A stretch of 64,000 nt of DNA from Balanoglossus misakiensis (taxonomy: Eukaryota > Animalia > Hemichordata): contig CM082576.2 of assembly GCA_040954595.2 (NCBI GenBank), positions 6,389,129 to 6,453,128 on the forward strand, written 5' to 3'. Position 1 is the first letter of the stretch. Every line of letters begins with the position of its first letter. This document shows positions 23,977-41,724 of the stretch, in pieces. The notes under the pieces are model-generated. The model did not search any database. It had not been told where the DNA came from and was given only the letters and a program-made list of their open reading frames with translations. The translations under genes were made by a program, and so were the position numbers.

Positions 23977-24847
23977 CTGCAAAAAAAAAAAAAGTGATTT
24001 CACAGTTTAGCCATGAGTAAAATTGGAGTGACAGTTTGCACAGTTGATGAGAACTGCATCACATTATGATTATGATGCAGCATGACCATCGAATGGTGAG
24101 TGGACAATGTTTAACTTTAACCTTGTGCACGGATGCAAGGCACAGTGGGTAATTTAATCAATTTCTGAGGCGTAGAAAAAGAACGAATTATTTGCTTTTT
24201 TCACGCAGCAAAAAAAGTGGGCAATCATCTGGCCGTTTTCCTAATCCAGAATTGTCAGAATACACGTTTTTTGTTTGGTTTTGCTTTCGACCACGTTTCA
24301 TCAAAATGAAAGAAATTTCACACAAAACTGTACAACTATAAAAACTTGCGCTTTCAATCTACGGTAATCAGTCAGACGGACCTTATTTCTTCTTCTCCTT
24401 TCTCTATGTCAACTCGGATTTAAAATACGAACGGGCAACCACCAACTTGTTAAATTAAATTGTGTTGGGCATTCGTTTCCCCTTTGTGTCAAACAATAGC
24501 AGTGCAGCACGTTCAAATGTATAAAGCCAGATCACAAATTGAAATTGGAGAAAAAAAGTGAAACTGAAATTCTACTTGAATGTTCTTATGAAAATTAACA
24601 ATTTTTCAGGGGGATTGCCGGTGTGCGCCACAAAAAATGACTCGATTTTCAGTAGTTGCGTTTTGGCATGTCCAAGCACATCAGAAATAGGCGCGTCTCG
24701 CGTCACCACGAGGTTGTGCAGCAGTACAACTCACATGGCAAAGCCGGTGCGCGGCGATCACTGCAAATCGGGTAATCGAATCTGTACACTGGAGCTTTCC
24801 TCGTTTAAAAATCAATTATCGCAATCGTTAGTGAAGGACACACTTAC

Positions 24848-24930
24848 CTTTTTCTTTTTGAAATGATGTACTTCGTCAATTCGTTCGATGACTACGTGCT
24901 CCACCAAACTAGATCGCAGATCACAGTACC
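24848..24930 (-). other. HSP90: probable non-coding first exon of HSP90
   Basis: Consensus donor AAG|GTAAGT at 24848/24847. The acceptor CAG (23979-23977) directly abuts the ATG, the known architecture of metazoan cytosolic HSP90 genes. A TTTAAA TATA-like element lies near 24950. The 5' limit is approximate. Confidence 0.65.
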
Positions 24931-25204
24931 ACACGCGTGATAGGACGATCTTTAAAAAGACACATGGTTGGGTCGGACCTCATTTCCATAACACGGAAAT
25001 GCACCACTTGTATCAATCCGCTGGTACAAAAACAGTTTTATCCATTCTTTTGTCATCATTTCGAGGTGTTTGAGGTGCAAATAAATTAAAAATAATTTCA
25101 TTAAGTTAAAGTATCAATTATAAGAGGGTCATTTGAACACAGTCACAATAAAACAAGAACTTCTTACAGGAAGTATTACAATACACTCGTAAGTAAAGCG
25201 GCTT

Positions 25205-25308
25205 CTTCGGGAACCTTCTCGAAACCAGTAGAACCGGAAGTCCCTGATTTGTAGTCTGCAACTTCCGTTTTCAGTAGATCCTGCAAGTTCATCGTTCCAG
25301 AAATTTCT
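25205..25308. promoter_or_regulatory. heat-shock elements (HSF sites) upstream of HSP90
   Basis: Perfect four-unit nTTCnnGAAnnTTCnnGAAn at 25205-25224 (cttcgggaaccttctcgaaa) and perfect three-unit gttccagaaatttct at 25294-25308. Confidence 0.85.
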
Positions 25309-25981
25309 ACAGCCGAGTGATTCAGAGAACATGGAGAATAGTACCCGAAATTTGTGAATGTGATTCAATTTGTAATATGACAGAAATATAAGATGTACAA
25401 TCTATCTAGTATGTTGGTATAGTAGTTGGTAAGTGCCATTTTTCGATATACACTGTTGCTGTTTTCAAACACACTTTGTAACATAACTATGAACAGAAAG
25501 CCAGAGAGAATATGCATTGGAGGGACTCAAAATGGAAATTTATTGGTGAAAAAAAAATGTCTGGTAAAGCTTGATCTTCAAACTACCGGGGTATGTACGT
25601 ACATATACCAACATTTTTGACTTTTTTACCCATAATGCAATTACAAAATTCAACCCCCTAACTTGTCGAATATATGTGGATAAGCCCATGCTGACGGGAA
25701 CTTCAACTACGGTACTTATTGAAATTATGACAACAAACAGCCTCTGACCCTTTAGAGTCCCTTAAAACTATAGAAAAACTATAGAGTCCCTTACTATAGA
25801 AAATTTGCACATATTGCATATAAAATGTGTGCTGTGTACATCAAATAATATAAGGAGCAATAAGTAAATATTTTAGACATAATGAATTTCTGCAAATTAA
25901 TTCACATCAAAGAAGAACATTTTCAGACATCATCAGAAAAGTTGCACACTAGCTTGAGATGTTTCCTCTATTAATTAAGGG

Positions 25982-31876
<5,895 letters not shown>

Positions 31877-32278
31877 ACTTGCTGCGGACTTGCGATCGCG
31901 TTCTGTCCCTTTTCCAGAGTCATGAATGTGGGAATAACGGGAGACCGACTACATGTACATACATTGTACCATTCAACTGCAGCCAATCCACAAGTCAGCT
32001 GTTTTGCAAAAAGAGCGCCATCGTCGCCAGCAGTTAAAATTCCTGTGTTTTTATTATCTCTGATCAGAACGTCGTGATTATTTTAATTTTTCAATTACGT
32101 ACGGCCCGCGTTTCATAACAGCTACGTTGATGGGCGATGCTCGGGAAAAATTGGCTGATACAAAGAATTTCGGGGATGTTTACGATGAGTTTGAGCGTGA
32201 CCCAGATATTTTTCTGTTTACATTGACTGTTCCAGGTCAGTGCGCAGACTCATTAGCAGCAAAACCCGGAGTGAAAAC
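31877..32278. promoter_or_regulatory. bidirectional promoter of POMT2 and GSTZ1
   Basis: About 400 bp between divergent ATGs, CpG-containing, with oppositely oriented CCAAT boxes (cagccaat 31980-31987, attggctg 32150-32157). Confidence 0.65.
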
Positions 32279-34807
32279 ATGGCAAAGGTAAGTCGATCAG
32301 CGCTGGTAAGTTACTCTAAGTTGCTGGAACTAACATGGCAATATTGTTATTAAAATATGATGTCTATAGTGTAATAGTCAACTTTTGTGGCCTATCGTCT
32401 TTCCTGTGTGGGCCATCTTTTCCACGGACGTCAGTGTGCACCACCCCCCCCCCCCCCCCTTGTTGGTTGTGCACCGCATCAGATATCTGACACGTGAACA
32501 TGTTTACTATGTCAGCTAACCCGTTCTGCATTTGCCAAGCACCTGGGTGGCGATGTTTGTAGCTTCTGAACCCAAATTCAGCAGACACTGCCAAATTTTG
32601 ACAAGTAATTATGGATTTGCAGCGTGCAGTAGCCCCTACTAGCTTTTACCACTCCCGGGCCAAAACAATGAGGGCAGCCCCGCCCACACAGGAGTGGAGC
32701 AGCTATGCATGTCTTTCTGAGCTCGGGTGAGGGCCGCCTTCAGCCTAAACCCTGCAGTTGCATGGTTTATGTTCTCTGGAGTTCAAAGGAAATCAACAAA
32801 GCTTAGCAGTTTCATTGATTTTGTCAGTTCTCCTTGGCAACCCTTGCCTATTACAATTTGAATCTTTCAGTATCACCTTACACGATTCATGTTCTGCCTT
32901 TCAGCCAGTGTTATACTCTTACTTCAGAAGTTCCTGTTCATGGCGAGTGAGAATAGGTAAGTAAAAAATAATGTACGATACATGAGGTTTTGGCAGTATT
33001 GTGTCTGATATTGTCATCCACCGCACTGGCAATAATGCACAGAAGCTCGATCTATAGTGCTGCATTTCTGGAAAGTTTTTAATTAAAGAGGAGTACACAA
33101 GTATTTCTTCATTTTTGCAGCATTGGCTTTGAAAGGAATTGAATATGAGACCAGTGGAGTCAATCTGCTGAAAGGAGACCAGGTGAGATTGCAGTTTGCT
33201 TGATTAGCACGATCAATGTGTTTCCCGGAGCATTGGTACGTCCAAGAAATGCTATTAAACTACAATCTACATAGACAGCTATGTCACACAGCATAACCCG
33301 TATTAGAAGGTGTTGATCTTGATTGATGTAGTTTTTACTTTCCTCAGCTAGGTGACAAGTATGCCTCCACAAATCCAATGCAGCAAGTGCCAACATTGGA
33401 AATCGACGGTGTCAAGTTGACACAGTCAGTAAGTAGATTTCGTCATTGTCATCATTGTTGTTACTGCCATCATCGTCGTCGTCATCATCATCTTCATCAG
33501 GGACTCCATCTCCAGTGAGCATTTATTTCATTGGATAATGATCTCTAAAGCTTAACAACAATGATAGGTTAGCATCATGCAGGCATGGCACTTTACCACC
33601 TGATTACTGGTTGATTAGCAATCTGCTAGAATTGAATTTGGCTTGCAGGCATCTATTTTTATTGACCTTTGACCTTTTTGGTGTCTACTCTGCCTTTGTG
33701 GTTGTTTCATTTCAATCATTTTGTGTGTTTTTTTTCAGCTTGCAATTTTGGAATATTTGGAAGAAACCCGAGCTGAGCCGCCACTTTTGCCCAAAGAACC
33801 AGCAAAAAGAGCAGTGGTAAGTCATTAGGTTGAAATCTTTCATCACCTTGCTTTAATATGCCAGATGAAAGTGTTGCAATATTCTATCAAAAATCGATGG
33901 CAAAATTAATGTTCTCTTTCAATTTCAGGTTCGGGAGATATCTGCAGTAATAGCATCTGGTATCCAACCAATTCAGGTAATGTCAAAATATTTTTAACAA
34001 GCAGTCATTTCACGTTGAATGTAGTATTATCATTGTTGGTTTAAAAAAAAAGTACATGTACATCAAAGGGCATTAATGTCTTCCAAGCATTTAGTGGATA
34101 ACTGATATTTATCCCCCCCCCAGAATCTGGCTGTTCTGAAGTATGTTGGCGACGAGAAAAAAGCAGAATGGGGAAGGTACTGGATTGACAGAGGATTCCA
34201 AAGTCTGGAAAAAATGCTGGGAAAGACAGCTGGCAAATACTGTGTTGGAGATGAAGTAACCATGGCAGATCTATGTCTGGTACCTCAAGTCTATAATGCC
34301 AACAGGTCAGTTTTTGTTTGAACTCTCTCTGAAATTCACAAATAAATATTCTGACTATATATGGACAATCGACATTTGCTCTAGCTCGAGTTACAGCTGA
34401 CCATGTACTGTTCAGTCTAAAGTAGTCAAAACATCAGTCAATACCGGAGAAAGCAAAAGTACAGAGAACTTTAGTATGCTTGTAGCACTTAGACAAGATG
34501 TTGTAAATTGATACACAATGAAAGTATTGAAAAGAAATGCCAAGAGTTAGAGCTACCATTGTCATAATTCTGTACAGCTACTAATCATTTAAATTCTGCG
34601 TGCAATGGAGAATAACTCTCTGTAGAAGGACATCTACACATTTCACTGACAGTTAAGTTTGGGACTGTTGTGTGTTTCAGGTTCAAAGTTGACATGTCCC
34701 AGTTCCCAACCATCAGCAGAATCAACGACGCACTCTCTCAGCTGGACGCCTTCATACAGGCCCATCCCACCAAACAACCCGACTGCCCAGAGGATCTCAA
34801 ACAGTGA
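32279..34807 (+). CDS. GSTZ1: maleylacetoacetate isomerase / glutathione S-transferase zeta
   Basis: Eight exons: 32279-32287, 32905-32956, 33121-33182, 33348-33428, 33739-33816, 33929-33976, 34124-34305, 34681-34807. Motifs [83 protein letters not shown]. Confidence 0.95.
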
Positions 34808-36129
34808 TGCGGTCAAAGTTGAAAGGCAATAGGCTAAGAAGATTACTTTCGAAGTTTCAAATAATTTCCTTGTGAAGGAAGAACTGACCATATGGACAGG
34901 GTTTTAATTTGAGGTTTTTGTTAGCTGAAAGCACAAATCATTTTAAAAAGTTTTGTTTCTGTTAATTAAGAGTGTAGTGTTTTCCTGATTCTGTGTGCTA
35001 ATGGTGTGTAGGCCTACTCGACAAATCTCTGTTGGGTAGTGTTTAACACCAATCTAGTAAAGTTCTTCAGGTAGTAAATAAAGATAAATATGTTCCTTTT
35101 TATTGAGGTCTCATTTTAAACAGAGAGGTTGATATTATGTTTATACACCCATTGTGTCTAACACTGGAAATATTCTTCACTTATGACTTGGGATGGCATG
35201 AGATGTGAACAATCATTGAATAGCAATAAACCACTGAAAGATGTTGTGAATACAGATTTGTGACTGGATTTTCTTTTCATGACTTCTGCATGGCTGTACA
35301 TCCTGGTATTTCCAGTGGGTACTGCTCAGTTGCAACTTTAAACTAATAGTCCAGGGAACATTTGAATATGTATAGTAAAACAGAGTCTTGCTGTTCAAGT
35401 TTTGAAATAAGACAACGTATATTCGTAACCGCACTTTATACTTTTCTTCAGTGGGGTTTCAGCCATAATGCTATTTGATCACGAGTAATGCATCGTAATG
35501 TATGCATGAGGCACAAAAGACTACACTCAGTTGGTAAAATGTGTGAAAATGTTAATGACACTACAAATATCGTGAGCATGACATAATGGGGTGTTAACAA
35601 GATCCATTTTCCAGACATGCTATACTGTTCCGCAAACCGAAGGCTTTATTCACAGCGACTTATTTTACATACATTACAGACGTATTGTTTGCAAGTGAGT
35701 AATTAACACCCGATAAAATTAACAGAGAGCGAAAATCTGACGATTGGTATTCAAATCTCAGTTAAATCGGTTACGTACTGCACTTGATGACGTCAACCGG
35801 CGATGATCTGCAGAAATGAAATGTTGGTGACCGACATCTTCAGAAATTGACAGGTCGCACTTTTTGTCGTGAAATTACCGGCTAAGTCTTTAAAATGCAA
35901 ACAACATTCTATAAGTGCTACACAAAGCACATAAAATCTCAGATATGTTAAAATTAAATATTTTCTCGAAATTGATACTGTACAATATTATTTATAATTA
36001 AATATACATTTGATATTTTACATAACACGTACGTACAATAACTATTATTATTTGGCTAGTGAGAGTTTCGTTTAAGAATTTTAAAAATATATATATTTAG
36101 CAATATTATTTACAGCTTTTTTCAAGTTA

Positions 36130-38306
36130 TCACGCTTTGCATTTGCATTCGTCGATAATCATGTTAGGGATTTCAGAAACAACTACTTCTGTGACATCAC
36201 CATTCTTGATCAAATACATCATGGGCAGCGGCGAAGTTTTCTCGGCGCGGCACGACACCAAGTCCGAGGGCTCCGAGTGTTTTGTGATGTGACACGGTCC
36301 CACGCACTCGAAGGCGTCATACCCCGAGGGTTCCACGATCCACCTGTTGGTCCACTGCGTATCACGGAAGTTGACGTACTTGGACTTCCTGCAGCACGTT
36401 TCTTCCTCGTTGCCTTCATCGCACTCTGACGGCCCAAACCTGAAAAGGGTAAATAAAGACCGAAGTCCGAATTAAAAAGAAACCCGTTTTCAATAATTGT
36501 GGACGATGTAACTTGACCTGTTATTACACATAAGCGGTCGGATATTAACCTTTCTCCACGAAAAAGCATCACTGGTATTTTACCTTTCGCTATTCTGGAA
36601 CGCTCCCTGCACGTAAGACTTTTTCTCGGACATGACATTTGACGATGTCCCGATAACAACAACCTGAAATCTCGATAGTAAAAACACCTACCTTTGCTCA
36701 AAGTGTTCGGTGTAGACGTTGAGTTGTGGAGTGTGCCCTCCGCCGAGATGGTTGGTGGAAATTTCGACTTTCTCGGCAACTTTGGCGGCGTGCGCACCTG
36801 GTCGTTCACCTTCGATCCACAATTCCAGGACGAACGGTTGTTCTACGTTCTCCTGCCACTTCTCAACTGCACCCGTGATGTCAAATGTCTTCCATCCAGA
36901 GTCATTTAACGCCACCAATCTGTGCGGAGAGCAACACGAATGTTAGTTTTTTTTTCTGGTTTCATTCTAAAATACATAATTATTAGCTTGAACGATATCG
37001 TAACATTATTCACCGAAAAAAGATGAAGCCGTCGATACCCTTAAAGGCTCATATATGTTGATCCGGTCATTTGTTATAAACCGCGGTCTTTTTGTCCACA
37101 AACAAAACTGTTCGTTATGAAAACAAAATGGGAAACACGGGTTAGCTATAAATTGTGAAAAATATAACATAGAAGTACATGAACGACATACCTTGAGTCG
37201 ACAAGAACCAGTGATGTCGCGGTGTCGTTGTCACGTGACTGGAGAACTTGGTAAAGACTGACTTTTGCGTGGCGTATTGGGTGTGTGCCGTTGTGTGGCT
37301 TATAGATGGTGTGGTTCGGCCTCTCTTTGTACAGTTTCAGCTCTGCCATGGCAACTCTGCTGTCCTTGGTGATGCGTCTGTTCATTTCAAACTGAAGGCG
37401 ATGGTGGCTGGAACCGGCGTACACCACATCGGCCAAAAATGCTGGAATGTATAAATGATACGGGGGATGATGAGGGAATGAATGAATGATGACGTGTATG
37501 GAAGTTGTTCTGTTGTACGCGTGGGCGGCTCGTGTGAAGCCAGCATCAGTGTTTTTTGGGGAGACGAACTTTACAACTTTAAAACAACAGTGTGTGTAAA
37601 CCCACTGGAGATAATATGCGCACGCTCCAGTACTGTCAGACAGGTGGTTGAAAGGGTGTCAGACGAGTACTTTGCATAAATTACTTCTACCGAGGTAAAT
37701 GCCCTTCACTCCACCACGAAGCAGAATCTAACATCTTTCTATCTTAAAGTACATGGGCCTGTCGAATGAGAGATGCTTGCTCTTTGATAGTATAGTTTGA
37801 ATAAAGAGATTTTCTTTGAAATTACCGTAATGTGGCGATGTGGCGAAGCAAAATCATTTTATAATTGTTCAAACGTTCATGATCCTCTTTGGAAATAAGT
37901 TTATTGAATTATATGTACAAAGAACTATATTTCGACAACATGAAAGTGTATTATAAAATAGCGTAGTCTGATCGTAACGACTCTCCAGTTTTGCAAGCAC
38001 ACAAAACGTACCTTCATTTTCCCGTATGATTTTGGCAAATGTGGGCAGACTGAACCTCGATCGTTTCATTCTCTGTCGATGTTTGCTCGCCAAAGCCCAG
38101 TACTTCAGGCGAAGGTCGGCGGGAACGGTTATGTCTTCCTTGTTTACGTCAGGAAAACTTCCAGGATCCAGCCCGAGCTTTTCCGACAGACTGTGCACAA
38201 ATTCGTGTCGGGTTGAGTCTATCGGCATAGCGTTGGTTGCGTTGCGTTGGATACCGGTGACCACGAAGAGAAACATCACTGTGACGTGTAGCTGTAACGG
38301 GCCCAT
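36130..38306 (-). CDS. Lefty: Lefty/antivin (left-right determination factor, TGF-beta family Nodal antagonist)
   Basis: Four exons: 38306-38012, 37441-37192, 36919-36692, 36439-36130. Signal peptide, N-proximal RMKR furin site, prodomain motifs AMAELKLYK, LVDSRL and SGWKTFDIT. Mature domain CCRKSKYVNF...WIVEPSGYDAFECVGPC...SCRAEKTSPLPMMYL...PNMIIDECKC lacks the dimerisation Cys and has a shortened helix-3 region, which is diagnostic of Lefty. Confidence 0.93.
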
Positions 38307-38399
38307 CTCGATTCGCTGTGTGATAAACTGTGATGTCCTTTCGAGTTGCCGAAGTTGTGGTAGCTTGAGAAATAACAGAATTGGACAGATGGTGCCCCC

Positions 38400-38540
38400 T
38401 TTATATACTAGTGGTTGGCACAGTTTGTCACGTGACATGTCTGGATCCTACCGTAGCTTTGTCAATATTATCCCTCCTACAGAGAGATTTCACACATCGG
38501 GCATTGTACCGGAGCTGAGTAAACAATGATGTCTGGATTG
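38400..38540 (-). promoter_or_regulatory. Lefty proximal promoter (TATA, E-box, Smad-type and Forkhead-type sites)
   Basis: TATATAAA on the minus strand at about 38400-38407, palindrome TGTCACGTGACA 38426-38437, TGTCTGGA at 38438 and 38530, GTAAACAA 38519-38526. Confidence 0.5.
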
Positions 38541-39700
38541 GGTTTACAAGCTACTCCCGGTCACGGTCGTGGCCGAGACCCGATCCTCAAAAAATCCTTC
38601 CAACTGTAAACCGAAATCGGTATCATTTAGATGATTAAACTAGCACCCCAACATATCATTTCCCTCTATTTTTGATTTTGACACACGCTTTCCAGGCAGC
38701 GTTAAAGGATCTCGGTTTCAGAATTGCCGACTTTTGCATTGTTTCAAATGCGATTGTTTGAACAGTGAAAAACGCGACACCTTAATATGTGCCAGTCCGT
38801 CACCTTGCTAAGACCACTTAAACATTATCCGTCTGTCGATGTCTCGGGCGTTTTTAATGAATTCGCTAATTGGCAAATAAAGCATTGTTTTCAGAAATTT
38901 AAGTCGTGTGTGAAGGCGATAAACCAACAAACGCATAACACTTTCCTGTCTGGTCATGGGGTTTGCAACTCAATTAATACAGGTGATGACCGTATTCACT
39001 GCCAGACGATAAAGTTGGCTTAGCTTATTAAGATCTTTTCCTGTCTGGAAATGCGTTTTGCGGACATACCACGACCACGTCATAGATGCTACTACAGTGG
39101 TCAAACTATCATTAATCGTCCCACAAATACTCAAGAAAAAAATCGTGTATCTATGATCGTTCCGACAGAAGCTGGATAAAAGCTATTCCCACAATTTGTC
39201 AGACCACTGTACTCGATGGCACAGCCCAGAATTATTATTACTGAAACGCATAAATACAAACAGAACACTCCACGTGACAAACAAACCATTATTAAAGAAG
39301 ATCGGTAAAACTGTCGCGGTACCGATAGACTTCTGCCACAGCGGATTTTTTTTAAGAATACGGAAACGGAATCGAGAATTAAATAAACCTGACCAGTCAT
39401 TAATGCGAGCGCCCTCTATTGTCCAAAGCTCAGCTTCAGTCGTCGTAGTCTTGTATATACTTGCCGGGTGATGGGGGGTGGGGGGTCTACAGGTAGTTGG
39501 CCAATACTGCTGTCATCTTGCAATGTCATACAATCTCTGCCTTCATTATACATTGTAACATAATTTTTTTTATTTGTCTAAGGTATGCACCAACTTTGCA
39601 GGGGTTTAAAACTCCAGGATTTTACAGATCAATAGACTTCATTCGATCGAAAAATCTTACAAAATTACTATTGTACTCTTTATTGCAATTTTTTCTTTTG

Positions 39701-40688
39701 CTAAGCAAAATAATCATCACCATTGAAGAGATCAAGTGTCTGTGTCTGTGCTGGAGTAGCATTGGAAGCTAGAAGTTCACGTCTTTGACGAAGTGATCTT
39801 AATCTGTTGGGGACTGAAGGACTGCCCTCTCCCAGGGCCGGGGATGCGGGAACACAACTCCTAACGTGTGACTCACTCTCTTCTTCCGGACAATTAGCAT
39901 CCTGGCCTGGCGTGGACGGAAGAAAAACTGAATTCTCAGGCACTTCTTGTTCTCCTGAAATGGCGAAGTCAAAGAAAGAACACATCTTACACAGTCAAAC
40001 AATATCTTTGGAGTTTCATAAATGGGCTGACAATGTATATGAATGTAATTAGGGTTAATTGCCATTACTTTGATGAAGCATACTTGACAGTTTGGCAATG
40101 ACATAAAATTATCATTCTGAATAATTCATTGGGCAATCTATCATGTGTATTTGCCATCAACTCAAACTGCCTTCACTACTCAGAAAAAGTGAAAACAGCA
40201 TATCATGTCTGATGGCAATATTATGACCTTGTAGAGTAGGGATAATTGTGATATGCCGTCGTCACGCACACAAGCGATGTAAGTGGCCAATTTACTTGCC
40301 ATATTCTTTTGCTGGTCCGTTGTCCTTTTGCAGTGAAGAACGTCTTGTCTTTGGTAATGGTGTTTGTGGTAACCTCTGATCTAAAAAAGATGGTACATTT
40401 ATCAAGTGAGTTATGCACTCAGTTATTTCACATATTTCAGTTACCAGAACAACACAAATAATCTATCAAAGAAACTAAACCAATGTGAAAAGTAAGCTGT
40501 TTTGTCCCTTTTCGAGTTGACTTACCTGATGCACCTCTTTGAAAAGGACTGTGAATATTAGAAATCCTGGCCTCAATATCCACATCTGGAACAGTTGGTG
40601 CAGGTGACTGTGTTGGCAGTGAGCCAAAAAGTGACGGTGTTTTGGGTACATGTTGAAATGGTGATGAGTCCATTCTGTTGAAATCCAT
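39701..40688 (-). CDS. uncharacterized ~165-aa S/T-P-rich disordered protein
   Basis: Exons 40688-40526, 40380-40300 (GC donor) and 39954-39701 join in frame (498 nt): MDFNRMDSSPFQHVPKTPSLF...DQRLPQTPLPKTRRSS...GEQEVPENSVFLPSTP...LDLFNGDDYFA*. A probable 5' exon ends at the strong donor GAG|GTAAGA (40993). Confidence 0.55.
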
Positions 40689-41724
40689 CCACGATTTGTG
40701 CGCTGATAACATGAAAGAGAGGTGGGGATAGCACCACAAGTTTACTGACAGGAAACTATCTGCACACACACTGACACAGGCGCAGGAATCAATGACTGCA
40801 GCTTGTGCACGTGTGAAAAACCCAAACCAAATTCAGATGCCTGTGAGTTTTGCAGGTATGCATAATCCCCCCCCCCCTCTCAAATTGGCAAATGAGACAT
40901 CAAACATCATAATGAGCGTTTCATTAGTCCAAGTAATTTGACTGCTTGTTGTTTTCTGAAGTACGTGTAACATGATTACGGCACTTTCTTACCTCTGACA
41001 TTGACTTCCCCCATGCAATCTCAAGCTGGGCGCGCGCGGGCATAGCAGACGAGCGGAAGTTGAGTAGATTAAACCACTCTACAGCACGGGTATGTATCAC
41101 GAGTCGACAGGTACAATAAATTTGCGAAAATGTACATATTGTCAATCGAGATGGGTCGTGTGTAGATAATCCAATGTGCCTCTGTAGCATAATGATACAG
41201 TTGCAAAATAAAGTCTTGCTTTCTGCTATCATGGCCTTAAAAAATGCGACAGCCGCACAAATTAACATTTCGTCGAAAGAGGTTAACCCCCACTGGAGGC
41301 GCTGTAATGTCTTATTGACCGATAAAGTTGGAGTACCTGCAGACTGTTCGTCCGCAGTGGGGAAATGAGAGATCTAGTCATAATTAGCACACAGTAAGTA
41401 TATATAAATACCCTTAAAGATAAATTATAAAAGTGTAATGCTAGTCATACACGCTGAAAGACATATTGGATCATACAATAGTCATCGTGCATCTCAGTTG
41501 TCTCACTCCTCCAAGCGTTTAGCATAGAGAGAGGAGTAGATCACCTACATTTGCAAAGGAACAGAGGCGGCGATTCATGTTTTCTTAAAACCTTTAAAGG
41601 TAGAGTTGATACACGAGATTATACAGTCGCATGAAATGAAGAAGTGGATTATATAAATGATATGTGGATTATTGACAGATTTTCGTTTTTCTAATAGAAT
41701 TTTTCAGCTCAGCAAGAATTCAAC

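Noticed and set aside
25750-25805. Short duplicated tagagtccctta/actatagaaaa segments
   Set aside because: Ordinary local slippage duplication downstream of the POMT2 stop.
31921-32021. Upstream ATGs as the POMT2 start
   Set aside because: The ATG at 31923 is out of frame and the one near 32021 stops after eight codons; at most they are uORFs.
38026-38529. 167-aa plus-strand ORF over Lefty exon 1
   Set aside because: Antisense shadow with no recognisable features.
40144-41670. FoxH1-type sites TGTGTATT (40144) and TGTGGATT (41663) as a Lefty asymmetric enhancer
   Set aside because: They are isolated 8-mers 1.5 kb apart within neighbouring gene loci, not a paired cluster, and consistent with chance.
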